DNA of 63,592 nucleotides, the filler included, from Choristocarpus tenellus KU-1152 (Eukaryota; Protista; Phaeophyceae), in the NCBI GenBank assembly GCA_964200185.2. It is 12 parts of 12 records of this genome, joined end to end, with 100 filler letters (N's around TTAATTAATTAA, not from the genome) between each part and the next. Parts side by side here need not be neighbours in the genome. Positions count along the whole stretch, not along the records: positions 60,829 to 63,592 come from CAXNAD020024948.1; 11 more parts are not named here. The stretch is one strand, 5' to 3'. Shown one piece after another: positions 62,850-63,592 of this stretch. Made by a program: the position numbers and the translations under genes. The notes below the pieces were generated by a model. The model was not told the origin of the DNA and ran no database searches. It saw only the letters and a program-made list of their open reading frames with translations. The first letter of the stretch is position 1. Each line of letters begins with the position of its first letter.

Positions 62850-63592
62850 CTGCAAATGATTCCCACCCCCACCCCCACCCCAAAAAGAAGAAAACACATA
62901 TTAGGCAGAGAAAGTGCATGACACCACACACAAGCCCACAGTGGGGGGAGATACACAAAAAAAAGGGAGGGAACATTGGGGGACAACAGATGAGCAATGG
63001 CAGTACTGAAGAGAGAAGCGGCGATAAATACAGTTTTCAGGTCAATCGACACACTGGTTCTTGGCTGGCTGCCCACTAAGATGTTGTACTAGCAAGCTAG
63101 TAGATAATGAAAAACGTGCCATTTGGAGTAGATACTAAACAATCACACCTTCTGACATATTACAACCAGCTGTCTCACCACGCTGCACCTATTGCAATCG
63201 AACGCATATTAGTATCCATCACTCTACCTAACTACAGTACCCATATCACAGGTACAAGGCATTACAGAACATACGTTTAGATCATACAACACAAAAAAGT
63301 ACCTTGCAACAACGTACAGAAGAATCCCAAGAGTGTCACCTACAACAAAATCAGAAAAAAAATCAGCATCACGTAGCAGTCCTCAACATCATTCTTACCC
63401 TCAAAAAAAAAAATGAGGTCATTCACTCCATACACTGAGGTCTCATGGCAACAGGAATCACTCTCCCAGCATGCAAATAGGATGTCTCAAATACATAAGT
63501 GTAAATACTCTTCAAAGCCCTGACCCTAACCCAGTCAATGAAAACGCAACTACACCAAGGTACACCAAACATGATACCCCCCCCCCCTCCCC

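Noticed and set aside
1-63592. A multi-gene operon-like or defence system spanning the window
   Set aside because: The window is concatenated, unrelated short eukaryotic contigs, so no cross-contig linkage can be inferred.

Overview
This is repeat-rich eukaryotic nuclear DNA, not a prokaryotic locus. It has spliceosomal GT-AG introns, Pol III tRNA genes and LTR retrotransposons. The repeat and gene style suggests a stramenopile (brown-alga-like) genome, but I cannot prove that from the sequence. The window is 12 short contigs joined by 11 artificial 100-nt spacers (N44-TTAATTAATTAA-N44), so adjacency across spacers carries no biological meaning. Host genes are three exons of a mitochondrial 2-oxoglutarate/malate (OGC/DTC-type) carrier, part of an unknown acidic/coiled-coil protein gene, a probable RS-rich terminal exon, tRNA-Thr(CGU) and tRNA-Glu(UUC). 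Most of the rest is transposon debris: Copia fragments, a tRNA-Gln-primed Gypsy family, a second Gypsy with an internal inversion, about 20 copies or ends of two related GRG...CYC MITE families, LINE-like remnants and satellites. The most interesting signals are: (1) a Gypsy integrase ending in a chromodomain-like module plus a Tudor-like module; (2) in-phase TTAGGG additions at TTAG seeds inside both TIRs of one MITE copy; (3) a Sola-like MITE system with mixed 3/4-bp TSDs; (4) LTRs flanked by both a PPT and a PBS; (5) CpG decay across repeat copies; and (6) a decayed intronless gene pair of possible viral origin. All family assignments come from reading motifs by eye; no searches were run.
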